This document shows positions 51,289 to 59,870 of a stretch of 64,000 bases of DNA, one piece after another. The notes beneath the pieces are model-generated. The model was not told the DNA's origin. It made no database searches and was given only the letters and a program-made list of their open reading frames with translations. This DNA is from Planctomycetota bacterium (GTDB taxonomy: Bacteria; Planctomycetota; Phycisphaerae; WQYP01): positions 71,600 through 135,599 of the forward strand of contig JAKAEZ010000001.1 in assembly GCA_021819825.1 (NCBI GenBank). Direction: 5' to 3'. Made by a program: the position numbers and the translations under genes. Numbering within the stretch: position 1 is the stretch's first letter; each line of letters starts with the position of its first letter.

Positions 51289-54200
51289 TTATTGCCCAGG
51301 TTGATGACTTTGAATCCATGCAGGCCCCGGCAGCGCGTAAGGGCGGAATTTTTCCATCACGCCTTGCTCCTCACTGCATGACAGGCCGCGGTAGAAGCCC
51401 AGATTATTGGCGGCCGGCGAGTCAATTAAACTGCTGGAATCCGCTGCACTCATCTGAAAAAGCACCCGGTTGTCAAATTCTCTCTGGGCAGATCGTTCAA
51501 ATGTGCGTTCCAATGACGCCAAGGTATCCACCCAAGTCAAGATGTGAATACCAACTCCTGGGCCATCACGCAGAATTTCACTAAATTCCTTCGCCGGGTT
51601 GGGGGCCTTGGCCTCATCACCTGAAGACATCGAGAAGCTAAAGTCGTCCTCGTTTTTCCGCAACATTCGGTAACGCTGGAGAGCGAAAATAAAAAGAAAT
51701 GTCTCCGGCGCATTGGGCGACTCTTCGGCCAGGCGACGATGAACCTCCTGGTTAACTGAGTGAATCGTATCTCCGATGCCTCGCCATTCGACGATTTGCA
51801 CGTCCGGGCCTAATGCGGGCGTGAGACGTTCAAATGTACCGGCCAAGCGGGAATCCGCCGCCAACCCATCCATGATATAAAATTTTGCCCCCCCACGCGG
51901 ATACTGTGCCGCTAAGGAAATCAGCGACCAGACCATCAGTGATAGCGCTTGTTCCTCCTGCTGGCCGACCAGCAGAACATTGGATCCGCTTTGCCGCCGC
52001 AGGGTCAGATCGGTAGGCTCTTTAATGGCCACCGGCTCGCCAATCCACGCGCGGGCTGAGGTCGGAATAGTCGTGGGCCTGTCGCCGGCCAGGAGAGCAC
52101 TTAGTTGTTTATTCATCTGGGCATCCGCCGGAGCATTGCCCTCAAATATGACCGGTGGCTCAAAGTGGAATGAAGCATCCTTGGCACGACTGCTGATTTG
52201 ATCCAGATAAATTTCCCGCTTTTCATCCGGCAGCCACGCCACCTGGAACGGGCTGTTAGCCTCTACCAAACCACCGGCATCATTGTAAATTGCGGCACCC
52301 GGGCGGGAAAGCAATCGCGCCGCCGAGTTATTATCTCCCAAGATTATCTGCGAATCCGCCTCGCTTACTTGCAGCGCAATGCGCACGGCCATTTGGCCGA
52401 TGGTGCTGCGGGCCAATCCGGAAGTACCGCCGATAGTTTGCGACCCCAGCAGCAGGTGAATGCCAAAGGCTCGGCCTTGGCGTACCAGACGATCCATTAA
52501 CAATCCGGCTTGTTGGGCCAATTTGTCATCTTCGGAAAAAAATTCCTGAAATTCGTCAATCACCAGCAGAGTTCGCGGCATGGTTTGCGCACCCGCGCTG
52601 CGACGATATGACGGCAAGTCCTGGACTCCCGCCTTGCGGAATAATTCACCACGGCGTGCCAATTCTACATCCAGACGTTCCAAAACACTTAAGCCAAACT
52701 CCCTATCACTTTCTACCGCGATCGCCCGGGCATGGGGCAGGTGATGGGTGGCATAGGTTTTAAATTCCACGCCTTTTTTAAAGTCGATCAGATACAGCTC
52801 AATTTGATCCGGTGAATACCACATCGCCAGATTGGTCACAATCGCGTGCAGCAGCGTGGATTTGCCCGAACCGGTTTTCCCAGCCAGCAGCGCGTGTTGA
52901 GCCATCGCCCGGCCCAGACGCAACATCTGCAGCCGCGTAGCCCCCATACGACCGATTGGAACAGCCAGCGAGTCCGAACTGTCGAGCGACCAAAATTCTG
53001 CATCGCCCGGCGCGATGGTATCAAAGGAGACTTCAACATTCTGATTGGCTTTGGCGGCCTGGCCAATTTTATCCAAGAGCGGTGTAAACACTTCCTCGGT
53101 GGGCGGCTGATCCAGTGCAAGCGGGAACTGGCCGAACACATCATCCTTCCAACTAAATGATTCCGCCTTCTGCACAATATTGACGCAGTGCGCGGCGATA
53201 TCCTCCAGTTGCGTTGCCGAGCCGGCAGGCATTTGCATATCACCCGCCGCCAGCAGATATACGCCGCAACGCGCGCCCGTCGCGGCAATACTGGCCAGCC
53301 GCCGCAGGCAATCTCGCTCAAAACCGGACGGAAAATCAGCAATAACGACAAAGCGGTATGGCTCGGCCAATTCACCGGCCTGCGCGTTGTAATCATCAAT
53401 GGTGGCAAATTCATTGCGCAGATATTTTTGAATGACTGTTTCCATGTGTTCCGTAAGGTCTGAAAGCCGCTGCTCAATTTGTTCCGGGCGCGTCCAGATT
53501 CGCCCCCCCACCAGCGCCTCATCATGATCGGCAAGCCGCATAAACCCCGCAAAATTCTGCCCCAGTCCTACGGGATCAATGATGGTAAATCTGGCCCGGC
53601 CGGGCGGCAATTGCGTGAGAATACTGATCATCACCGATTGCAGCATCTGCAGGGCCGCCGGCCGCCCGGTACGGTCATAGCGCACCAGCATGGAGGCACC
53701 AAAGGGAAATTCCAGCGCTGCCGGCACCGCAAAGGCCGCCGGGAATTCCAACTTTACCGCATCACCTTTAGCGCCGGCGGCGACCACCCGCTTGAGATCT
53801 ACCGAAAACTCGCCCAAGCGGATAACTTTTGGAAAAATATTTGATGGCGTCCAGTTTTCCCATGACGGCGTGCCGTGGCGATCAACGTTTTCTTTTATCG
53901 ACATATTCCCATTGGTGTGCTGGTCGGAAGATGGCTCGGGGATATGCGCCAAACCATTTTTCAACCGGTTTTTCAGCGTCAGCATGGCCTGATCATATTG
54001 CGCCCGGTTATCCGCCAGACGTTCTTCGTATTGTCGCTGTGCAGCAAGAATATCCGCGTCGTGCTGCTTCCGTATGGCCTGGTTCTGGGATTCGCTTTCT
54101 TCTTGCGCAGCGCAAACCGCGGCGGCGCGTTGCGCATCACTTTCAGCTTTGCTGGTGTCATATTGCTGCTGGGACTCCTGCCGCCGTGCGGTGCGCTTGG

Positions 54201-55245
54201 CTTCAATGTTTTGTGCCGCTGCGGCGGCCTTCTGCTTTAATTCCTGCAACTCGCGCAATGCTTTGGCACGGGTATCGGCGAAGTGCGCCTCGTGCCGTTG
54301 GGCCACCATTTCAGCATGTTGTTTTGCGGCCTGCCGCGCTGACGCAATGGCGACATTCAGGGGTTGATTGATTGCCAGTAAGCCGGCCTTCGCCCATGAA
54401 CGGAGCACCAATCCAAGAATAATAGCGCCCGCGAAGGTCCCGCCCACCGCCATGGCAATGACATTAACTTGCACCGGGGTAGAACCCGACAGGCCATAAG
54501 CCACCGCCCCCGCCGCCCCGCATAGCAATATGAGGAATATCCACGGTGCAACGCCGTAAACCAGCCGCGGCAGCAGTAATCGACGAAGAGCCGCCAATTC
54601 TCTCTGGGCGGATTCCAAGTGTGCGGCCATGGCAGCTCTCTGGTCCTGGCCTTCCAGCGCGGCAATGCCTGGGGTTTCCGGTGCTCCCGGCGGCCGACGG
54701 AAACACCGCGCCATCAAAGCCGCCGCGGATTGCGCCACTTCCGCCAGAGCCTGTTCGTGCTCATGGAACACTTTGCTTAGTTCTTCATCTTCGGCACGAA
54801 TCTGATTGCGGGCCGTTTCCACTTCTCCTTCGGCCAGCCATTTGGCTTCTTCTATTTGATTGCGGACTTTCCGCTGCGCATCCGCGTTTTCCCATTTGAT
54901 GGCCGCTTGGGCCTGATTATATTCTTCCGTGCACTGTGCCAGACGGCCCTGATAATCGGCGGCGATTTTTTCCGCAGTGCGTTCACGTTGCGCCGTAAGC
55001 TTTTCAACTTCAAGAGAATATCGGCTCTCTATCTGCGCCAGCGTGTTGTCGCGATCTTTTTTCGCCTGTTCATTGGCGACCCGAAATTGCCGCTCAATCT
55101 GGGACTCATCGGTTGTGCATTGTGCGGCCAAACTTAGCAGGTCGCGCAGCACAGATTTTTGAGCATCGCGCCGGGGACACGCGGCACCATGCTTCTCGGT
55201 CAACGGCGAAACGCGCGGATCAGTCTTTGGGTGTAACTGGGTCAT
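51289..55245 (-). CDS. FtsK/SpoIIIE-family triple P-loop ATPase, T7SS EssC/EccC-like (atypical architecture)
   Basis: Length 1318 aa. The layout is a ~230-aa coiled-coil N-terminus, 2 TMs, a second coiled coil, then three FtsK-like domains. Only the middle domain has a canonical Walker A (LLAGKTGSGKST) and Walker B (LLVIDEFQEF). Confidence 0.85.
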   Translation of the reverse strand: MTQLHPKTDPRVSPLTEKHGAACPRRDAQKSVLRDLLSLAAQCTTDESQIERQFRVANEQAKKDRDNTLAQIESRYSLEVEKLTAQRERTAEKIAADYQGRLAQCTEEYNQAQAAIKWENADAQRKVRNQIEEAKWLAEGEVETARNQIRAEDEELSKVFHEHEQALAEVAQSAAALMARCFRRPPGAPETPGIAALEGQDQRAAMAAHLESAQRELAALRRLLLPRLVYGVAPWIFLILLCGAAGAVAYGLSGSTPVQVNVIAMAVGGTFAGAIILGLVLRSWAKAGLLAINQPLNVAIASARQAAKQHAEMVAQRHEAHFADTRAKALRELQELKQKAAAAAQNIEAKRTARRQESQQQYDTSKAESDAQRAAAVCAAQEESESQNQAIRKQHDADILAAQRQYEERLADNRAQYDQAMLTLKNRLKNGLAHIPEPSSDQHTNGNMSIKENVDRHGTPSWENWTPSNIFPKVIRLGEFSVDLKRVVAAGAKGDAVKLEFPAAFAVPAALEFPFGASMLVRYDRTGRPAALQMLQSVMISILTQLPPGRARFTIIDPVGLGQNFAGFMRLADHDEALVGGRIWTRPEQIEQRLSDLTEHMETVIQKYLRNEFATIDDYNAQAGELAEPYRFVVIADFPSGFERDCLRRLASIAATGARCGVYLLAAGDMQMPAGSATQLEDIAAHCVNIVQKAESFSWKDDVFGQFPLALDQPPTEEVFTPLLDKIGQAAKANQNVEVSFDTIAPGDAEFWSLDSSDSLAVPIGRMGATRLQMLRLGRAMAQHALLAGKTGSGKSTLLHAIVTNLAMWYSPDQIELYLIDFKKGVEFKTYATHHLPHARAIAVESDREFGLSVLERLDVELARRGELFRKAGVQDLPSYRRSAGAQTMPRTLLVIDEFQEFFSEDDKLAQQAGLLMDRLVRQGRAFGIHLLLGSQTIGGTSGLARSTIGQMAVRIALQVSEADSQIILGDNNSAARLLSRPGAAIYNDAGGLVEANSPFQVAWLPDEKREIYLDQISSRAKDASFHFEPPVIFEGNAPADAQMNKQLSALLAGDRPTTIPTSARAWIGEPVAIKEPTDLTLRRQSGSNVLLVGQQEEQALSLMVWSLISLAAQYPRGGAKFYIMDGLAADSRLAGTFERLTPALGPDVQIVEWRGIGDTIHSVNQEVHRRLAEESPNAPETFLFIFALQRYRMLRKNEDDFSFSMSSGDEAKAPNPAKEFSEILRDGPGVGIHILTWVDTLASLERTFERSAQREFDNRVLFQMSAADSSSLIDSPAANNLGFYRGLSCSEEQGVMEKFRPYALPGPAWIQSHQPGQ

Positions 55246-55269
55246 AGTTATGAATGCCTCGCCGACGGT

Positions 55270-55488
55270 TTACTGACAATCGCGCCGCACCTGCGTAAGC
55301 ACCATGGCGATATGTTCCATGGCGTTGGCGGCCGCGTGCAGGTCGGTAGCCAAGGGTTCAAGAAATTTTTTCTCAAAGCGGGCGCTGGCGGCATCATTCC
55401 AGCCAAACTTCACTTCCTCCCAGCTTAGCTGGAGGTGATTCAATGCCTTGGCCAATTGCCCGCGACCTTCATAAACACCCATAAACAA
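55270..55488 (-). CDS. Small helical WXG100-like protein (WxD variant)
   Basis: About 70 aa with central GWNDAASARFEKKF, matching the W-x-G…F…F pattern of the ESAT-6/EsxA hairpin. Immediately upstream of the FtsK-like gene. The start is TTG at 55488 or ATG at 55482. Confidence 0.5.
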   Translation of the reverse strand: MFMGVYEGRGQLAKALNHLQLSWEEVKFGWNDAASARFEKKFLEPLATDLHAAANAMEHIAMVLTQVRRDCQ

Positions 55489-55542
55489 GCCCGCCCTTTT
55501 TCTTGCACCATTTGTGAACCTCGCAGCGACAGGCTGGTACGT

Positions 55543-56574
55543 TTACTTTCGCTGCGTGCCGACATCTCGCCCCTGGGGGTCCTTAATCTCTGCACTGCCC
55601 TGCAAATCCAATATAACAGAAAAACCCACCGGGAGTTTCAGAATTTTTAGCCACTCCGGACTTTTTTGTGCAATATCAGCCACCGTAATCGACCGCCATG
55701 GGCCATGGGCCTTACCCAGTGGCATAAGGCACCAGCCTGTGTCTTCAGGTGATAACGGCTCTGTGCGACGTAGCGTCAGCAAGCACGGTTGGTTATCAGT
55801 TGACTCGGCGAAAGTTATCTTCGCTTCCGGGCGTAATGTCGGGTCCTCACCGGCGAGAGGTTCAATGGCACTAAGCTGCGAATCAGTTAACGTCGGAGCA
55901 GCAAAAGGCCACTGCTTTTGCGGTGCCGCAATGCGGCGTTCTTCGGAACTGGGAAGCAAGAGGTCGCTTTCAAGGCGTTGTGGGGTTGGCTCTTTGGACC
56001 CCGGCGCGCCACGCGACATAACCGCACCCTCCGCCGCCGGGGAGACAAGCGTAAACGGCCCGGCGTTTTCCGAACTTACACCGCCGGGGCTTGCAATGGA
56101 AGCGTATGCCTGCAATTCCGCGACAAGCCGTTCCAGATGCGTTACGCCCGCCGGCACCAGAGATTCCACGCTTGTCGCAAGGCGCTGTACCGAACCTTTA
56201 TATAATTCCACTTCTTTTTGTAAGGCCCGTGTCCAGCGCCGCACATTGGCCAATTTTTGCTCGGCCTCGGTCAATCGGACCATGGCACGTTGTAATTCTT
56301 TTTGCTCCTCAATGGCGGATAACGGTTTTCCGGAATGATCCCGGAAAAGTTTCTTCATACGGACCGCCTCCTTGGCCCGTTCAACGGCGGTTTGGCGTTT
56401 GCGTGTTTGATCTTTCCAGAAGTTTTCCTGCTCAATTTCCAGCCAGAGCATGGTGCGACGCAATTCGGAGTCCGCATCTTCCATGGCGGCGTTGGCTGCC
56501 GCCTGAAACTTCCAGAGCACCGCCTGGAAGCCGACCAGCAAATCCACAGATTCAACCCGAGCGCTCTCGGCCAT
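55543..56574 (-). CDS. Hypothetical protein: helical/coiled-coil N-domain plus Pro/Ser-rich low-complexity C-terminus (candidate secreted substrate)
   Basis: ATG start at 56574, 343 aa. The N-terminal ~160 aa are predicted helical (LWKF…, WLEIEQENFWKD). The C-terminal half is P/S/A-rich. Confidence 0.55.
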   Translation of the reverse strand: MAESARVESVDLLVGFQAVLWKFQAAANAAMEDADSELRRTMLWLEIEQENFWKDQTRKRQTAVERAKEAVRMKKLFRDHSGKPLSAIEEQKELQRAMVRLTEAEQKLANVRRWTRALQKEVELYKGSVQRLATSVESLVPAGVTHLERLVAELQAYASIASPGGVSSENAGPFTLVSPAAEGAVMSRGAPGSKEPTPQRLESDLLLPSSEERRIAAPQKQWPFAAPTLTDSQLSAIEPLAGEDPTLRPEAKITFAESTDNQPCLLTLRRTEPLSPEDTGWCLMPLGKAHGPWRSITVADIAQKSPEWLKILKLPVGFSVILDLQGSAEIKDPQGRDVGTQRK

Positions 56575-56583
56575 GATGCAGTC

Positions 56584-56883
56584 CTATCGCTCGTTAAGGT
56601 ATTTTTCTATATGCTGCGCTTTCTTCATCAAAACCTTGGCGTGCTCGGTCGATGATTCCATGAACTTCCCCAGATACTGCGCCGCCTGATCAAAAGTTTC
56701 GGCAAACTTTTGCTGCTCCTGATCGCGCCAGCTTGATTCCAGAGACCGCAGCCGGGAATTTAATCCCGACATAAGCCCTTCCAGATCATTATTAAACTGC
56801 ATCAGCCCCTGGGCAAACCGCCGCAACTCCGCCGGATCAACACTCGCTTTGGCCATACGATTCATCTCCGTGTATGCCGCCAA
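56584..56883 (-). CDS. WXG100-family (ESAT-6/EsxA-like) small protein, WxD variant
   Basis: Helical hairpin of 90-99 aa with central SSWRDQEQQKFAETF (WXG-like). The likely start is the ATG at 56856 (RBS GGAG with a 9-nt spacer); the track start at 56883 is TTG. Confidence 0.65.
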   Translation of the reverse strand: MAAYTEMNRMAKASVDPAELRRFAQGLMQFNNDLEGLMSGLNSRLRSLESSWRDQEQQKFAETFDQAAQYLGKFMESSTEHAKVLMKKAQHIEKYLNER

Positions 56884-57259
56884 TCAACTTAAACATAGCC
56901 TACCATTGAAACCAACAGACACCAAGACGTTTCTCCGCTGGTTGCGGGGATGGGCGTGGCAATAATTCCGGGCGGGCATCCGCGATGCGAGTTTCCAAGG
57001 CCAAGCATTCTCTTAGCGCCTGCTTTTATGCCGTCGATTTCGCCGCCTCCCTGGAAATACTGCCACGCCCAAGCGTATGCACCTACCCTCCTCCCGCCAC
57101 GCCTCAACCCGCAAACGCGCAAACCCACAAGCCGCAAATTAACCGATCAATACGCCATTTACCGCCAATCCCAAACCTCCCGCCCCCGTCGGTGACAAAT
57201 TCCAAATACCAAATGCTCTCCCCGGTTATTCGTTATTCGTTGAGAATATTGATTTGCGA

Positions 57260-57403
57260 TCAGTGTCCTTTGATCAGCGGAAAGGACTCCTGATTGCTCG
57301 TCCAACCCCCTGTCCCCTGTAACCCCCGCCGGAGGGCGGTTGTGCCGGAATTTATCCCGTGCGCGCCGGGATGGTGAAATTTGTTATCGTTCAGTGCAAC
57401 CAT
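57260..57403 (-). pseudogene. Truncated 5' stub of the MVALNE-leader / RHS-tail cassette family (47 aa)
   Basis: Encodes MVALNDNKFHHPGAHGINSGTTAL… and then terminates. It shares the conserved ~78-nt 5' element with the 59747 and 62639 copies. Confidence 0.5.
57326..57403 (-). repeat. Conserved ~78-nt element (leader codons plus 5' flank) of the MVALNE cassette family, copy 1
   Basis: About 90% nucleotide identity to 59673-59747, with the differences including a 3-nt in-frame indel. Confidence 0.7.
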
Positions 57404-57603
57404 AACCCAGTCCATAACACGAAACCGACGATTTCGACACTTTACCGCCGCCAACTCCTCTCTCGGCGAAGCCGTCGCATTCATTAAAACCGTCGTTATT
57501 TCCATTAACTAATCACGTCCGCGCATATGCGATCCCTCCGTTCAGAAAACCGCTTAATGGATCCGCAGCGGAGCGGCCTGTTGGGTAGCCTTTCGCATCC
57601 ACA

Positions 57604-58716
57604 TCATTTCCTTTCAGATGGATGCGTTTTTACCGGTAGCCATTCGACCGCAACGACATGCTTTCGGCCTCGACCTGAAGCAAAGCCAAAGATCATCCCA
57701 CGCGACGTAATAGCGTAGGCTTGCGAGAAGCTATACCGGAGCGGCAGTAGTTTCTGCAGGTCAGTTGCGCTTTCTGGGGTCCCATTCCATACCATCGCGT
57801 GTGCCATGCCGTGAATACGGCTGGTTCCGTACCCCACCTCCTGCCTGCCGTTTGTGCTGTTTGCACAGGACACGGCGCACCCGCTGGGGTTTAAGTCGAC
57901 GAACCTTTTCCCTGACGTGAACCACAGGATGGCGTGGCCGCCTTTGACACCCTTGAGCCGTCCATAGCCCACTATTCTACCGCCACCAGTGCCCACCGCT
58001 TTTGACCAAGCGTATTCTCGAGGATTGAGATCAACCGCGCTCGCTGCGCTTCCCCGCCAAAGCAGTGCCTGATATTTTCCATTTAAGCGTTTTCCGAACC
58101 CAACCTGGTGAACACCGTCCGTTGCCACCGCCTCTGATGAAACGAATCCTTTGGGATTCAGATTAATAAAGCTTTGCGGGCTACCTCTCCAAATCGCGGC
58201 ATAATCCAAATCTCCCGGGGCCTCCACGTAGCCTACTTCTTGGCTAGCTCGCACCGAAATGGCCTGAGAGAATTTAAATCCACGTGGGTTGAGCAGGATC
58301 ACACCTTGGGCCACTCCCGACCATAGAAGGGCCCCACCACGATCGCCGGGCATTTGGCCTGCGCCTACCTGCCATCTCCCGTTTGTGCCTTCCGCGTCCG
58401 ACCAGAGAAACCCTTTCGGGTTTAAATCAACGATGCCCTCCCCTCCAACCCCGCCCAATAGCGCGTGGCCGAAGTGCCGGTGTCCCAACCTCAATCCCAT
58501 ACCAACCCATCGGCCGCCACGGGCCCCCTGAGCAACCGCCTGCCAATAGCCGGGAGTCTTCAAAATGACCGCACGGTATTTCGTGGCCGGCGGAACGCCG
58601 TGGCTCGTTCTCCCCAACGGCCCGATGTGTCCGCGCGCTGGGTTAGCCGCCAGAGGGATTTGGCAATGCACCGACAGGAGGATGGCCATTGCGACTATAC
58701 ACAAGCGCTGGATCAT
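57604..58716 (-). CDS. Secreted HAF-family extracellular repeat protein (~8 x ~40-aa repeats)
   Basis: Signal peptide MIQRLCIVAMAILLSVHC. Repeats carry the HA(F/I)LW…DLNP…S.A…GYG pattern, for example HAILWFTSGKRFVDLNP, HAMVWNGTPESATDL and ALLWRGSAASAVDLNP. Confidence 0.7.
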   Translation of the reverse strand: MIQRLCIVAMAILLSVHCQIPLAANPARGHIGPLGRTSHGVPPATKYRAVILKTPGYWQAVAQGARGGRWVGMGLRLGHRHFGHALLGGVGGEGIVDLNPKGFLWSDAEGTNGRWQVGAGQMPGDRGGALLWSGVAQGVILLNPRGFKFSQAISVRASQEVGYVEAPGDLDYAAIWRGSPQSFINLNPKGFVSSEAVATDGVHQVGFGKRLNGKYQALLWRGSAASAVDLNPREYAWSKAVGTGGGRIVGYGRLKGVKGGHAILWFTSGKRFVDLNPSGCAVSCANSTNGRQEVGYGTSRIHGMAHAMVWNGTPESATDLQKLLPLRYSFSQAYAITSRGMIFGFASGRGRKHVVAVEWLPVKTHPSERK

Positions 58717-58841
58717 ACCAACAAATCCTCACCATGATTTCGTCGCGTCAGGGCACCACAGGACTGCCGCGACATATCAAATATTGCAGTACCGCAGGTT
58801 GGGATATTCTTGGGGAGCGCAATGTTGCGGCGTTGGCGGTC

Positions 58842-59747
58842 TCAAGTAGGCGGAGGCCACATGTTGAACGATGGCGACGGAGTGGGGGAGGGCGGAGGCA
58901 TCAGTGATCTCGCCCAATTGACCAACGAGTCCGCTTCCGCCATGAGATCGCGGTAGCTCGGTTCGCAACCATCTTCCAACAGTTGTTGCATTTCCTGGCT
59001 TGCGTCGCCTACCGCGTAAGCCATCCCAGCCCCCTCAAAGGGAACGCTGGTGCCACCGCTCTCAAGTGCGTCATTAATATCCCACAACAGGGAACCCAGC
59101 GTCAGGGCAAGCTTGGCGGCGTCCGCGGCACATTTTTTATCACATTGCATCTCCAGGGAATGCTCTTGTGATTTTATCTGCTGCCACCTTGCCCAAGCCC
59201 ATAAATTGCCGCCCGAAAGATTGGGCGGCAGCAAGCCCCAAGCGTCCCTGCCCACCGGGTCTATTTCCGCCTGGCCGCCCACATACTCATACAAATTCAC
59301 GCCACCGGCGTAGTCGATGGGATCGCGTTGCAGCACCCGAGTCGCCACTCCTGTGGCCCGTCGGGATTTCGGCTCCTGCCTCAACACCGTGCCAGGAATC
59401 GAGTTGTGCCTGCGGTTGCGAGCGTAATAGAGTTCCGTTTCCGGATCGTTTAGGCCCGTCCCGATATCCGTTGAAACACGAATGTTATCGGGATACCCGC
59501 AGCAAATGATTTCATCGGCACCGACGCTTCGCTCAATGACCAATGAGTAATGATCAATGAACAAATCATTGGAAGTTCGGCGTTTCTGGCCAGTGGTCCG
59601 TGATCGTTGATCAATGAAGTTCACCCCAGATTCCCCGTTCCGCTGTAACCCGCAACCCGTAACCTGTAACCTCCGCCAGAGGGCGGTTGTGCCGGAATTT
59701 ATCCCGTGCGTGCCGTTATGGTGAAATTTTTCGTTCAGTGCAACCAT
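58842..59747 (-). CDS. MVALNE-leader protein with a degenerate RHS repeat-associated core and a variable C-terminal (toxin-like) domain
   Basis: MVALNEKFHHNGTHGINSGTTAL leader. Degenerate core (…DPETELYYARNRRHNSIPG…LQRDPIDYAGGVNLYEYVGG). A unique C-terminal region of ~150 aa with a PPSPTPSP tail. A stop codon lies 2 codons upstream of the ATG. Confidence 0.6.
   Translation of the reverse strand: MVALNEKFHHNGTHGINSGTTALWRRLQVTGCGLQRNGESGVNFIDQRSRTTGQKRRTSNDLFIDHYSLVIERSVGADEIICCGYPDNIRVSTDIGTGLNDPETELYYARNRRHNSIPGTVLRQEPKSRRATGVATRVLQRDPIDYAGGVNLYEYVGGQAEIDPVGRDAWGLLPPNLSGGNLWAWARWQQIKSQEHSLEMQCDKKCAADAAKLALTLGSLLWDINDALESGGTSVPFEGAGMAYAVGDASQEMQQLLEDGCEPSYRDLMAEADSLVNWARSLMPPPSPTPSPSFNMWPPPT
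59673..59747 (-). repeat. Conserved element of the MVALNE cassette family, copy 2
   Basis: See copy 1. The 5' UTR motif ccgcaaaag…agccaat is additionally shared with copy 3. Confidence 0.7.
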
Positions 59748-59870
59748 GAATTACCCGCAAAAGAAAGCAAGCCAATACCGGAATTATATCCCCTTGCACC
59801 CGGACTGCAGATAAATCCATGCAATCCATGCAACCCCACCGGTATAGTACATTTTGATAGGTGGCCGTCC

